Positions 42,820 through 56,274 of a stretch of DNA of 64,000 nucleotides are shown here, one piece after another. This DNA is from Eledone cirrhosa. Lineage: Eukaryota. Location of the stretch: assembly GCA_964016885.1 (NCBI GenBank), contig OZ024740.1:135904001-135968000 (forward strand). The letters run 5' to 3'. Made by a program: the position numbers and the translations under genes. The notes beneath the pieces were generated by a model. That model made no database searches, was not told the origin of the DNA, and saw only the letters and a list, made by a program, of their open reading frames with translations. Positions within the stretch are counted from its first letter, which is position 1. Every line of letters begins with the position of its first letter.

Positions 42820-45800
42820 TACGACCCCTCTAGTCTTGGTTGACACTCGTTCTAGAAGTGGTAACACGAAAAGATTACCCCTTGGCGGATAAGGATAAAA
42901 CGCGACAAAATAAAGTAGATGTCTAATGATGAAATCTCATACCGGATCGGCCGTCACCCGGGTAAAAAAGGGCCGCGTCCCTCAGAGAGGAACCAGACTG
43001 GGGTCGAAAAATCAGCTAATGGTTCAAACCTTCCCATCACTTCGGAGCTGGAGACCTCCCATAACCGGAATACTCCTACTGTTGGCCCTCTATGCTCACC
43101 ACCAAGAAATCCAAAGAAAAAGAGAGAAAAATGGTCAAGGGAAGATAATAAAGAAGTCCTTGAGGCTTTCTACACTGCCATGTACTACCCATCAAATACA
43201 TCGAATACAGAGCAAACATATATCAACTGGAAAAAGAAACATCCCGAAAACAGAGGCTATATTGACAGTAACAAACTAGCCAATATACGAAGAAATATTG
43301 TAAGAAAAAAGTTACTAACTGATATAGAAATTGATCAGATCAAGCTAGTAGCACAAAGTCAGCGAAGGGAAAATGAAGCATGTGTCAGTGAAAACGAGGT
43401 AAACTGTAACACTTCGAATCCCAGAGTTGGGGCGGAATCACTGGCAACAGAACAAATTAAAGAAAGGAGCGAAAAAGTGGAGGGAGTGCATGCTCAGGAT
43501 GAAACTCCAAATGAAAATAATGAGATCGTAAATGATAAAGAAATGAATGAGAATGAACTTGCCAACTTGAAGGATGAAATTATGATCGAATGGATGAAAA
43601 TGAAAGAATCTGACATGGGGGAACGAGACACCCTCCCTAAGATCCAGAACTCCAAACAGAACCAAAAGATAATACACAAGACTAACATAATTCTCAAAAA
43701 CATTATCATCACAAACAAACTAAACATTACTGACTTAAATCATCTCTATTATGCATCGGCTAAAGTCACCACTCACTTATGTGGAGTGAAGATGAAAAAA
43801 CAAAGGAATTCCCACAAGAAATCTACTTGGCAAGATAACATCAATCGCCAAATAAACCTTCTCCGATCTGACATAGAAATTTTACCAAACTATAAAGTAG
43901 GTGAACATGTTAAACAAACTAAACTTTGAAAATTGAAAAAAAAGTACAGTATAAGATCAACATGTGACATAGACATGCTGATAGAAACAATCAAGCAAAA
44001 AGTGTCGGCCAAAGCTGCTCGTATAAGGCGCTTTGAAAAACGATCTAGATTCTATATGTTCAAAAACAACCAAAGAAACTTCTACAGAAAAATTGGTAAG
44101 TCAACAATAACTGCTAAATCAATACCACCCAAGGAGGAAGTGCAAGAATTCTGGGAAAAGATCTGGGCCGAAGAAAAAGTTCATAACATACATGCCCCAT
44201 GGATAGACAGACAAATGAAAGAAACAGCTCACCTTGAAGAACAAACATGGGAAAATATAACAGTTGAACAGCTGCGCTTGGCTCTAAGAAAAACCAGCAA
44301 ATGGAAATCCCCAGGAAAAGACAAAATACAAAACTTTTGGATAAATGTCTTCACAGAGTCTCATGAGCTGTTAGCCCAACTTTACAATGAAATAGTTAAG
44401 GAGCCAGAAAAGATACCATCATGGCTAGTTAACGGCATTACATTCCTGCTACCGAAGAATGATGAGACAAACAATCCCAAAAATTACAGACCGATAACCT
44501 GCTTGACCACAATGTATAAAATTTTAACATCAGTCCTAACTGAATACACATATGACCACCTGATAACAAATGACCTATTTCCCATTGAGCAGAAAGGGTG
44601 TAAACGAGGCTCATATGGCTGTAAGGATCAGCTTCTGGTTAACAAAATGAAACTGGAAGATTGTCATAATAGACACAAAAATCTATCGATTGCTTGGATA
44701 GATTATAAAAAAGCATTTGATAGTTTGCCACACAGTTGGATTGAAAAATGTTTAGAGATTTTCAAAATATCCCCCGTTGTCAGGAGGTTTTTGTCATTCA
44801 GTATGAGGACATGGAGAACCACACTCCTTTTGAATAGTGAAACAAAATCACTGGAAGCTGGAGAAGTTAACATTAATTGTGGAATTTTTCAGGGTGACTC
44901 TTTATCACCGCTTTTATTCTGCATCGCACTTATACCATTAAGTAAAATGCTCAATGAAACAAAACATGGATATAGAGTCTATGACAAAACCATTAATCAC
45001 CTGTTCTACATGGATGACCTGAAACTATTTGCAAAAAATGATGAACAATTGCAAGGGCTATTATCCACTGTGAAGCAGTTCAGTGATGACATTAAAATGG
45101 AGTTTGGACTGGATAAATGCGCCAAAGCAACGTTCACCAGAGGAAAGCTGCTGAAGAGTTCAGACATTAATCTTGATCGGGGGAACGTGATAAGAGAGCT
45201 TGATCAAGAACAAACTTACAAATATCTAGGTGTTTGTGAAGGAGACGGAATCAAGCACTCGACAATGAGGGAAAGGATAAGGAAGGAATGTTACCGCAGA
45301 GTCAGAGCAATCTTAAGAACGGAATTGAATGCAAGGAATAGGATCGATGCCATAAACACGCTTGCCATACCAGTAGTAACCTACAGTTACAATGTCATCA
45401 ACTGGTCAAGCACAGAGATCCGTAGGCTCGATACAAAAATCCGAAAATTCTTAACCATGCACAGAATGCATCACCCTAAGGCAGACATAGATAGAATATA
45501 TCTCCCTAGGAAAGAAGGAGGACGTGGGTTAATCCAGTTAGACATTGCGTTGAAAACTGCAACAATTGGATTATCCACATATCTAAGGGAATCACATGAT
45601 TGGATGATCAAACTCGTTTTGAAACACGAAAGCACCAAAAGATCATATTCCATTACAAAAGATGCACAAAGATACAGTAATGGACTACAAATTTCAGAAG
45701 TCCCATTTACTGCTGAAATGGAAAACACAGAAAAAGCAAAGCAGGTAAAAGTAACTGCAAAGAAAGAACTGCTACAGAAACTGGCTAAGAAATGGCAAGA

Positions 45801-46712
45801 AAATCCTCTGTATGGAAAATACCCAGAGCGAGCTAACAATCCTGATGTTGACAAAACTTTAACCCATCAGTGGTTGGCATCCTCTGGACTGAAATCGGAG
45901 ACTGAAGGACTGATTATATCCGCACAAGATCAGTGTCTGCCAACAAAAAATTACCAAGCCAACATAATAAAAAATGGGTGCAGCCCATTATGCCGTGTAT
46001 GCAAAAAACAACCAGAGACCATTGACCATATAATTTCAATGTGCAGTCCTATAGCTCCAACCGAATACCTAAACAGGCATGACAGAGCTGCACAATACAT
46101 ACATTGGATAATGTGTAAGCATTTTGACCTGCCCCATCAAAAGAATTGGTGGGAGCATCAACCACCTCCCATACTTGAAAAAGATCACATCTCAATCTTG
46201 TGGAACTTTAGCATCCAAACAGACCGAAAAATAGATGCAAATAGACCTGATATAATATTGAAGGACTTTCAAAGGAGGGTATGCCTGCTAATTGATATGT
46301 CTGTTCCAATAGACAAGAATGTATCTATAAAAACATTTGAAAAATTGAGCAAGTATAAGGACCTGGAGATAGAAATTGGAAAAATGTGGAAATTGAGAAC
46401 TAAAACAATACCAGTGGTTGTAGGCGCTCTGGGAATGATACCTAAGGGGTCTAACGACTACTTATCGCAAATCCCAGGAAACCCGCGTATAGGAGAAATA
46501 CAAAAGATAGTACTAATGGGAACTGCCCATATACTAAGGAAGATCCTGTCAATATAAGTACATCACAAGTCTAAACACTAAGGATGCATGTGTGAATATG
46601 TGTGTTCTTTCTTGAACATGGCGGACCTTGTTGTCTCTTGAGGTCACTGGTTGTGACTTGGTGATAACTCGTATAAACATAAAGCAAGACAAATGCAAAT
46701 AATAATAATAAT
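42820..46712 (+). mobile_element. Dong/R4-clade non-LTR retrotransposon, near full length
   Basis: Single reading frame with RT, CCHC and REL endonuclease; (TAA)n at the 3' end. Confidence 0.92.
42919..46557 (+). pseudogene. Dong/R4 RT-REL polyprotein with one in-frame TGA (43927-43929)
   Basis: GIFQGDSLSPL, HLFYMDD, KEGGRGL, CRVC...H...C, RPDII...LLID, KLSKYKDL; both ORF-track pieces share one frame. Confidence 0.9.
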
Positions 46713-46824
46713 AGGTAATATCATTATATATATATACACGAAGGATTCAAGAACACCTGCTTTGTCCGTTCCCTTGTCGATTCAATTTGGATTACCTCGG
46801 GAACATAACCCTATTATGTAAGAA

Positions 46825-46899
46825 GCTGTCTGATGATGTCACGGCACTGGGTACACCGAAGAATGTGGCCACTGTCGTCATTGAAATATGTATCACAGC
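46825..46899 (+). ncRNA. Type I hammerhead ribozyme motif
   Basis: gctgt-CTGATGA-long stem II-GAAA-tatgta-TC-acagc. Confidence 0.72.
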
Positions 46900-46934
46900 A
46901 TTATCATTAAAGGACTGAAACTACTTTGCATTTT

Positions 46935-46965
<31 letters not shown>

Positions 46966-46968
<3 letters not shown>

Positions 46969-47247
46969 AAAAAATAAAGGTGTGACACACGAGTTGTGAT
47001 ATATTAGTAAATAGGAAAAGAAAATGCTGACAAATTTTTCCCAGTGAAAAATAGTTTAATTAGGATTAAGTATAAATTAGTAATAAGTATTAGTTAGTAT
47101 TCAGTTTTAGTTTAAAGTTTTTACCGGTTGCGCATTTCTTATGCTTTTCAAAAATAATTTTCATTTACTAAATGTATACTTATTCCTAATTAAACTATTT
47201 TTCACTGGGAAAAATTTGTCAGCATTTTCTTTTCCTTTTTACTAATA
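46966..47247. repeat. Fold-back element in (TA)n
   Basis: Arms about 47001-47065 and 47184-47247 plus a tail of about 35 nt. Confidence 0.75.
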
Positions 47248-47738
47248 TATATATATATATATTTAACACTTTGAATCTACCCGCCAAAACCGGGGGTTGC
47301 TTCCCTTGTTGGAAATAACACGTGATAACTAAATGTACGTTCATAGCAGCAGCATTTAGAATCCACCTCGCTTTTGGACAGAACGGAACTCCTGTTGATG
47401 AAATGAATCCTATGTTCGTCATGGAATACCACGAGCGTGCCAGTTACCTAAGTCGGATATTTGATTTCGGATTCACAGAAACACTTTAAACGTATATCGT
47501 TTAATTTGTCCAGGTGTATCTTTTTTAACCTGTTAGTTTTTTCGTTGCTTTGGTATTGTGTGTTAGGTTTTGCCTACCACAATGTTCAATTTGTCAAGCT
47601 ATTTAAACGTATGTTGTTACTCTAAGGATCTACCCTTATTGAGTGCTTTGCTAACTCATTCAGATTGTAGGTCGACTTTGCTTGCCCACAGCCAAAGCTT
47701 CGATTTTACTAAACTTCCACATGTATATATATATATAT

Positions 47739-48144
47739 ATATCACAGAAAAAGAGAATCAGTGTTGCGACGAAAGGAATTTATTGGACATATTACAAATG
47801 TTTCTCGGGCGACCAGCTCGAGGCACGATCGATATGGTGATCACACCTGACTCTGAAATCAACACGGTCGTCAGATGCGTCTCGATTCTACGAAGCAGAT
47901 TTTCCTATAGTCCTTTCGTAGAATCGAGACGTATCTGATGACCGTGTTGATTTCAGAGTCAGGTGTGATCACCATATCGATCATGCCTCGAACTGGTCAC
48001 CCGAGAGACATTTGTAATATGTCCAATAAATTCCTTTCGTCGCAACACTGATTCTCTTTTTTCTGTGATATCATACTCTGCTCTACGAGGGCATTGAGTG
48101 CTCATACGGCCTACCGCATACAGACGCTTTAAGCATCCAACACC

Positions 48145-48148
<4 letters not shown>
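47739..48148 (+). repeat. Fold-back element in (TA)n with partial hammerhead core
   Basis: Arms 47739-47894 and 47915-48071 plus a tail of about 77 nt; CTGAYGA ... GAAACAT/ATGTC. Confidence 0.8.
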
Positions 48149-48202
<54 letters not shown>

Positions 48203-48287
48203 CATTGATTACTCATGTATTTGCGTATGATTGCGTACGTAGTGCATACAAATAACTGCGTGTTCTTATATAAACATCCGCGCACAC

Positions 48288-48366
<79 letters not shown>

Positions 48367-48599
48367 TGTATACTGTATAAGAAGATAAGGAAGTTTTCAC
48401 TTTTTGTTGTTAAAATCAAACTTGTGGAGTGATTATGAAACTGTTAATGAAGAAGCAGCTTACCGAATAGATTTCTCAATTTGTATAATTGAGTCCAGCG
48501 CATTGTGTCATTGAGCAAGATACTCTATTTCATGCTGGTCCAACACACATATTACATAATTATTTAACATCTGTATGAAGTAAAAGTACGACGTGTAAT

Positions 48600-49015
48600 A
48601 ATAATGGTTTCTGACTTAGGCACAAGGCCAGCAATTTGGGGAGAGGGGAAAGTCGATTAAATCGACTCCATTGCGTTACTGGTACTTTAAGGATGAAAGG
48701 CAAAGCTAAGCTCGGCAGGATTTGAACTCAGACCCTAAAGGTACGTAACGCCGTGCTGCAAAGCATGGCGTCCGACCCTCCACTGATACTGCCAATCCAC
48801 CGCCCTTGTCCGACTTATAATAATAATAATTGTTTCTACTTTTGACACAAGACCACCAATTACCTCAGCGCATTACTGGTGCTTTATTTTATCGACGTCG
48901 TAAGGATGAAAGGCAAAGTTAACTTCGGTGGGATTTGAACTCGCAACGTAAAGGGCCACAACTCTATGTTGCAAAGCATGGTGTCAGACGCTCTACCGGT
49001 ACTGCCAATCCACTG
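48600..49015 (-). mobile_element. Two SINE family A copies
   Basis: Family A motifs. Confidence 0.85.
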
Positions 49016-49379
49016 ACAAGTTCTGCTATGTACCGAAGAGCATTGCTGATTGCATGAAAATGATTTATTGTCCTTATTTCGGAAATGTCATAACAAAATC
49101 TGTTTGCTACATGCTTGAATCTCCATAAGATGTTTTCAACTGGAATAATTTCTGTAGGATTTGCAAAGGAATTCACAGCAAAGAATTATATTTTTACATA
49201 AATAAGATGGAAGGAAACACGCAAAATGTCGCTATTTTTTAAAACCCCAAAATATATTCTATTTGCAATCCTGCACCACATTATTCTGATTTTCAGATAC
49301 CCAAGCTGTCTTCATAACATCCTAGTAGCGGCTTCACTAATATATCGTGTCATGGTGAAAAGTGGAACAATGAATTTGA

Positions 49380-49575
49380 ATCTGAGTTGGAATTCATTGT
49401 CATCCAACAGGACTTGAATGATCTTGCACGAGATTTAAATTTAATCAGGGAACAACATTGACTCTTGCCTGGCATCACACTTAAAACATTCAAATTCACA
49501 AGGACTGTGGTAACTCGCTATCGTAAAAATTATGATTTTCTACCAACATTTCTGAACAATAAAGGAAAATTACGA
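49380..49575 (+). pseudogene. Possible Chapaev3-like transposase relic
   Basis: IQQDLNDLARDLNL...*LL and VTRYRK...FL resemble the ELNDLVRDL.LSK motif (from recall). Confidence 0.35.
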
Positions 49576-49639
49576 AAGTCTGTCTATCATATTTGATCGA
49601 AATTATTATATCAATACTAATTAGCATATATGTGCAGAA

Positions 49640-49765
49640 AGGTGGCGAATTAACCGAGTCGTTCCGGTTCTCTGCGCACTGAATTCAAATTCCGCTGAGG
49701 TCAACTTTACTTTTCCTCCTTTTTGAGGTTGATGAAAAAACACCAGTCCAGTACTGGGATCGATT
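49640..49765 (+). mobile_element. SINE family A, diverged
   Basis: gaattcaaattccgctgaggtcaactttacttttc. Confidence 0.6.
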
Positions 49766-50282
49766 ATTCCTCTGTATTTCTTTCTTACCTCTTCTCTATC
49801 ACTTTCTCTCATTCTCTGAAAGAAATCGACTGTGTTCCGACATGGAGAGGGTTGAGTTCCACCAGGCTTAAAATGTCTAAGAAATGCCATATAACAACGG
49901 CAACACTACGTGGTGTTAAGGTACATACATATCTGTACAGGTTTTTAATTTATGACGCCCATCTTATAAGTGTTACAATTGGGTTACACGAAGTACTGCT
50001 TTTTATATATAATTTGCTTCGAAGCTATCGATTTAGGGGATGCAAAATATCACTAAAAGTGCATTTTCATTTGCTTCTTTTCCATGAAGAGTTTTGAAAT
50101 ATATCTGACGAAATAATCGAAATATTTTACTAATATATTTCTGTCGATGAAAATATAATATATCCAGACAAGTGGTCTGAAGGGATATTTGTTGATTATA
50201 GACAAAGTGACTATATTGATCAGAGTTTACGTGTCGTATGTATAGTTAACAGATGTATGAAAATATGAGATTCCCAAACACA

Positions 50283-50490
50283 TAAAATAACTGTAATAAC
50301 AGTCGATCACTATAAATAATAGTTGAGAAAATTAGGTAAATTATCCGGCAAAAGGTTGACAAAGGCGTCTACGTAGGCATCTTGTAGACTCATCTGTCGC
50401 TAAGGATAATTTACCCAATTTTCTGAACTATTATTCATAGCGATCGACTGTTATTACAGTTATTTTCAAATTTCAAACCCTCTCATAATA
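50283..50490. repeat. Fold-back inverted repeat
   Basis: Arms about 50284-50346 and 50404-50466. Confidence 0.75.
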
Positions 50491-50569
50491 TATGTATACA
50501 TATATTTAAAAAATTGGATATTGTTACTCATTTTATGAAAACTGATCATTTGTTGGCTAGATTTATTTA

Positions 50570-50614
<45 letters not shown>

Positions 50615-50618
<4 letters not shown>

Positions 50619-50812
50619 GATTTCTAGTATAGGCACAAGGCTAGTAATTTGGGGGGAGGGGAAAGTCGAGTAAATCGACCTCAGTACGTTACTGGTGCTT
50701 TATTTTATCGACCCCGTAAGGATGAAAGCCAAAGTTAACCTCGGTGGGATTTGAACTCAGATTGTAAAAGACCGTAACTCGATGCTGCAAAGCATGGAGT
50801 CCGACTCTACCG
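50615..50812 (-). mobile_element. SINE family A
   Basis: Family A motifs. Confidence 0.85.
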
Positions 50813-50909
50813 AAGGATGATTTGTTAAGCCTTCATTATGTTTATTGATTCGTGACGCGCGTTTCACTATTGATCAGCTCATGGTTCGATCTGTATCGAT
50901 CTGGTCCGA

Positions 50910-51038
<129 letters not shown>

Positions 51039-51114
51039 ATAAATGAAATAAACAAAATACAGGAGGCAATTATGTAGTTATATTAGGTTCACGCTTGGAG
51101 GAAGTGGAAGAGGT

Positions 51115-51148
51115 TTCAAAGTTTCGAACGGAAGTCCTTCTTCAGGAA
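51115..51148 (-). ncRNA. Minimal hammerhead-like motif
   Basis: ttc-CTGAAGA-a-ggac(ttcc)gttc-GAAA-ct-TT-gaa inside a TA-flanked element (about 51035-51670). Confidence 0.5.
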
Positions 51149-51670
51149 TGTTCGGATAAGGAGAGAACAGATAGACGTGTGAGGAGGTTAGGGAAGGAAT
51201 ACAAAAAAAAAACGTGGTAAAGGGGGGTGGATGAAAGGTCCGGTCGGAGGGGTGGGGATATGGGGCTGGCATGGGTGTGGCTGTGTGTGTGTCGACAGGA
51301 GCGACAGGACATTTTATGTAGCAACACGAATGTTGTAGCGTAAGTTAATTTCTCGCTAGAGGATGGGTGGGCGTGCATGCAGGGGTCCGTTTCGATGTTG
51401 GGCAGTCCGGTTTTTTCTAGTCGGTTTCTTAACAGGTTGATGGTTCTTCTGGGCGGGTTGTTGGCCCTCCGCAAAATAGTCGGATTGTGGTGCTGCCATC
51501 TTGACGGCGAGCCGACGCGCTGCGGGTCACCGATGGTCTGGGACCTCTCCAGGAGACCGGCCCACCTAGGGTAGCCCTACCAGAAGCAAAGCTCCAGACG
51601 GTGATGCTCTCTCGGATTTACGGAACACACAAGCCGCCTCACCACGACAAGGCCAGATATATGAGGTGTG

Positions 51671-51706
<36 letters not shown>

Positions 51707-52924
51707 TGAACTATTCGCGGTACAGTGACCGGAAAAAACCACATATCAGGGTAATATCCGGTGTATGTCAAGATACAAATATGGTATAGGGGTTAGGGCT
51801 GGGGTTTTACTAAATACTATATATGTGTGGATGTGTATGTATGTATACAGGTGTGCATACAAACGAATGTAAAGAGCAATCAACACATAATGTGGAAGTT
51901 AGATATGTGTTTTAACAAGTTGATTTTCTTTTGCATTATCGTTTGTTTCAGTGACGTAAATGAACATGTCTGAATTCAAAAGATAGAAGAGATTATCTGC
52001 GTAGATAAATGAACAACGTAAATATAACAGCAGAGAATAGATGGGGTGGGTGGAAATAATTGGCGAGAGACAGAAAATGAACACACAACCGCGAGGTAAT
52101 GAATTGAATATCTTAATCACAGACATGCTTGCTTCGATAATTTACTGTCATACTAATTCCACACGCTAATCATTTACTTTCATGATGAATTATTTAGCAG
52201 CCAACTGTGTAGCATACCTCTCCGGTAGTTGGAATAGTTTTTTTTAAGGATTGCAAGCTTCGCTCTACTCAAGCGTATCTTCAGAAGAGCGTGGTAGTTT
52301 GCTTCAAAAATCGAGGAATATATAGAAAACTAGCTGTAACCACTAACTATAGTATAATAATATTTACAATAAAAATGATATTTAAATGAAGCAAAAAAAA
52401 AAAAAGGAAAGGGAAAGAAGAAAAAAAAAAAAGAGAATTAAGAGCAACGAAAAAATAAAGAGAAGGAGGGAGGGACAGGCTCTACACCCCAGTCCGAACG
52501 ATGATTCGACCGTTCCCCGCAAACAGACTGGCGAAAGTATTGCCACGGAGAATAACCAGCGACACCTACTGCAACAGCCCCTTTTGGCGGACTGCTGCCT
52601 TTCCGATTTCGCAGGGATCAAGGACACTAGAGGTCTTGACGGCGACAGGTAAGAAAAGGAAGTGGTCGGTTAATTTCTTAAAAAAGAAGGCTGCAGTAAT
52701 ACAGATCTAACAGTAAATATATAAATAACAATAACAAAGAAATTGATGTTACCTTGAAAATATTTAACTGGTAATTGATATATTTGAGATTAAATCCGCT
52801 TTTCAAAAGAGTTAAAAGAACGCTGAGTTATGCGGTTGTTAATTACAGTGATGTACATTTTAATATCTTGTTATTGTTATTTTTTTAATATATAATGTTC
52901 TATTTGCATTATTGTAGCCACCCC

Positions 52925-53760
52925 TAGGGTGGTGGATTGGCAGTATCGGCAGAGGGTCGGACGTCAGGCTTTGCAGCATAGAATTACGGCCCTTGATGAT
53001 CCGAGTTCAAATCCCACCGAGGTTAACCTTGCCTTTCATCCTTACGGGGTCGATAAAATAAAGTACCACTCACGCACTGGGGTCGATTTAATCGTGTGTG
53101 TGTGTGTTTGTAGTTACACACACACACACACATTAGTCTAGTAATACACTATAGTAATGCAAATAGCACATAAATATAATAACAATAACAACAATCTGGA
53201 AATGTTGACTGCGGAAATATTTCGGGAAAAATCCGCTTTTGAAATGAGTTAGAACACAAAGTGATGTGGTTGTTAATTATCGCGATATGCTGAATTATTT
53301 GGCAACCAATCATAAGCATATCTCTCAGACAATTGCAATAGTTCCTTAATGATTGCAAACTTAGAGTAGCACAGGCGTAGAGATAAACAAGCGTCGTAGT
53401 TTGCTTGAACCATTGCGGAATATATAAAAATCAGTTTATTTTTGTATGGGTGGCTACAATAATGGTTTCTTATATAGGCACAAGGCCAGCAATTTGGGGG
53501 GAGGGGAAACTCGATTAAATCGACCCCAGTGCGTGACTGGTACGTTATTTCATCGACCCCGTAAGGATGAAAGGCAAAGTTAACCTCAGCGGGATTTGAA
53601 TTCAGATCATAAACGGCCGTAACTCTATACTGCAAAGCATGGCATCCGACCCTCTACCAATCCACCGCCTTATGGGTGACTACAATAATGGTTTCTGATT
53701 TAGGCACAAGGCCAGCAAATCGACCCCAGTGCGTGAGTGGTACTTTATTTTATCGACTCC
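52925..53760. mobile_element. Cluster of SINE family A copies (52925-53095 +; 53460-53670 -; 53685-53760 -)
   Basis: Family A motifs; tatgggtgrctacaataatggtttc is duplicated at about 53445 and 53671. Confidence 0.8.
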
Positions 53761-54160
53761 GCACACACACACATGCATATGCATGTATTTATGTTTTATC
53801 TATCGTATGCGATTAGAAAGGGCAGTGAAGTTGGCCGACAAAATATTGTCTGTATTTAGTTTCATTTTCCATCATTTGAATTAAAATCTGTGTATTCACA
53901 CTTCGTTTACACGATTATGCATCTAGAAAAGAAGAGCTGTTACTACTTACACACAGTCATCCTTAACTGCACCCGAAAATGGTCTTTCCGCTGATTCGCA
54001 CAAGAACTTCTGGCATGGTGCAAACTTTTACATTTTCTTGTATCACCAATACAACACCTTTTGTTCTCTCTTTTGAACTTGTAAGTTGTATAACGTTCCA
54101 TCTCAAGTCGACTCGATTTACTCATCTTTCTTCTTGTCATCCTTATAGTGTTTCCCTTAC

Positions 54161-54355
54161 CCTCTAACTCCAAACTGTACATTTTTTCCAAAGCGTTTTC
54201 GCTTCAGAACTGAAACACTCTGGAATTCCCCATTTTCTCCCACTAGTTTCTTACAGGCTTCAGTCTTCATAAGTTCGAACCGAACATCATCGACATTCAT
54301 CACATCGGTCTGTGTTGGCATACAAAAGTTTTTGGCATTGACTCTCCTCTTCCGA
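54161..54355 (-). CDS. Candidate internal coding exon of an unidentified host gene
   Basis: T-rich acceptor ...ttaattag|, 195-nt open phase 2-2 exon (RKRRVNAKNFCMPT...KRKRFGKNVQFGVRG), donor GG|GTAAG. Confidence 0.5.
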
Positions 54356-55324
54356 CTAATTAATAATTAATAAAAAAAAAACTATGGTTGATTTAGTGTT
54401 GAATGTTTTATTTCGACATTTTGCCGGAACAAAGCATTCCCATTAAATAAAGCATAGATTTTGTATCAATGCAATACATATACAATGACGGAAACATTGA
54501 TTTAATGACCGAACTACTTAAAAACAATGTACCAGATTACTATACTATTTCCGATCTGTCAGCGTCATGAGATTGAGCTAAATACATCCGCTATTGTCAT
54601 CGGCTACCGTATAGGAGTAATGTTTTGTCTAAGCACTAGACTGACTATTTGGTTGGTTATTCACTAACTTCACGCACAGACATTGATAGTTACTTTGTAA
54701 AAATAGTATATTGATTGAAGTCAGAAAGAAAAAAAAAAAGAAAAGGACGGGAAAAAGCAGACACAAAAATATAGCAATGGTGACAAATAAGTTGAAGTAT
54801 TCCTAATAGTGAGTTATAGTTATTGTCGTCATGTCTGAATATGTATACTAAGGATAATTTTTCTCTTCATAATAAATCTAGCTGTCACGACAGCAGTGTT
54901 CTTGTTTTTTTTTGTTTTTGTTTTCCCTTTTTCTTTTCTCAAGCGTACTTTTTTTACGAAATGAATTCTCTGATTGGAGCTTTTAAACTTCCTGAACATT
55001 ATGCAGTGTACATGGGTAAACAGAATACAAACTACATGTAAGGTGGGCGGGGTACAATCGATTCATTTACAAGCAACAATAATTTATGAAATGTACTAAA
55101 CGTTGATGTTATTTAATCCTTAGAATACATGTGCTCAACTACATCGAAACCTAAAAGTCTCTACTCAGATTATAGATTTACATTTGTACTCAGAATCAGT
55201 GGCGTTCTTGTTTATTACTAAGTGTTTAAGCGATAGGAAAAGCTGGGGTTAACTAGAAAAGAACCCCCCCCCCCCCACACACACACATGATGACTGCAAA
55301 GTCTACTAAGAGTACTGCTATTGC

Positions 55325-55763
55325 TTGGAGGATTATAGAGTTTGGTGCACTTTTAGGCTACGGCCAGCCACACGAACCTGTAACATATCCTGGACAAACA
55401 ATGCCTGTGCTTTGAATGTTTTTTTTAAGTGGGGCCTCGAAAACACTACCCGAAAAGGAGAACTGGTCAACATCATCGGATGCTTCCAAAGCCGCAGGTT
55501 TTTTTCAGAGTTTCCCTCTCCTAGAAAGGTGTTGTGACAACAACAGGGGGGGCCTTTCCCTCCAAGGTGAAAAAAAAAAGTACTATTTGGATGGGCGTTG
55601 ACTCTGCTGAGTTCCTCCGCCCTTTGCCAGGTTTTGTATTTCATCCCGCAGGGTGTCCAAATATCACCCTCCTCACCAAGCAAGCTTGGTGGGGTTGCCG
55701 GTTTAGTCGCCGACGACCTGACCATGAGACAGGTAGTACTGGGTTACATGTTACCAGTAGCAC
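55325..55763 (-). mobile_element. Family G (RTE-derived) copy
   Basis: 5' 190 nt or so match 27356 and 62940(-). Confidence 0.7.
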
Positions 55764-56228
55764 TAACATACATACATACAGACATACATAGTTTTGTTAT
55801 CCAGAAATTGCGTAATATGACAGATGCAGCCGCATAACGTTTGTCTCCCCATTTTGGCAGCTGGTGCGGTCCATGGTTGTTTTGCGAAATCGGAAAAGCA
55901 GGTTGGAGTTTGTTTAACTAAAATTATGCATGTCAGCGGTTGGTTTACGATATTTTCTGGGTGTTTTGTTTACAGGCAGGTTATGACAATCTGAAAGTTT
56001 TAATTGAGAGGGTTAAGACAATCAACAGTGTTATTTACATACATACATATATATATATAGTAATAATAATAAATTTGAAGACTAAAATCCAAAGAGGGCT
56101 CGATAAGGATAAATATATATCAAATATATAAGAACCGTAGAGCAAATATTTGTTTCGGAAGATCCCGTTAAGGGTGAAATCAGCGATTCTTTGCTTAAAC
56201 TTTAATCTGTTATTTTAATAAATATATA

Positions 56229-56271
<43 letters not shown>

Positions 56272-56274
<3 letters not shown>

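Noticed and set aside
43927-43929. In-frame TGA in Dong as selenocysteine or readthrough
   Set aside because: It sits in a basic, non-catalytic stretch and no SECIS was seen. A point mutation such as CGA to TGA is simpler.
48964-49176. Possible minus-strand exon (EIIPVENILWRF...)
   Set aside because: The donor is weak, the phase does not join the 54161 exon and there is no recognisable homology.
50355-50402. Minus-strand cagatgag-tctac/gtagac hammerhead-like relic
   Set aside because: It lacks intact CUGA and GAAA.
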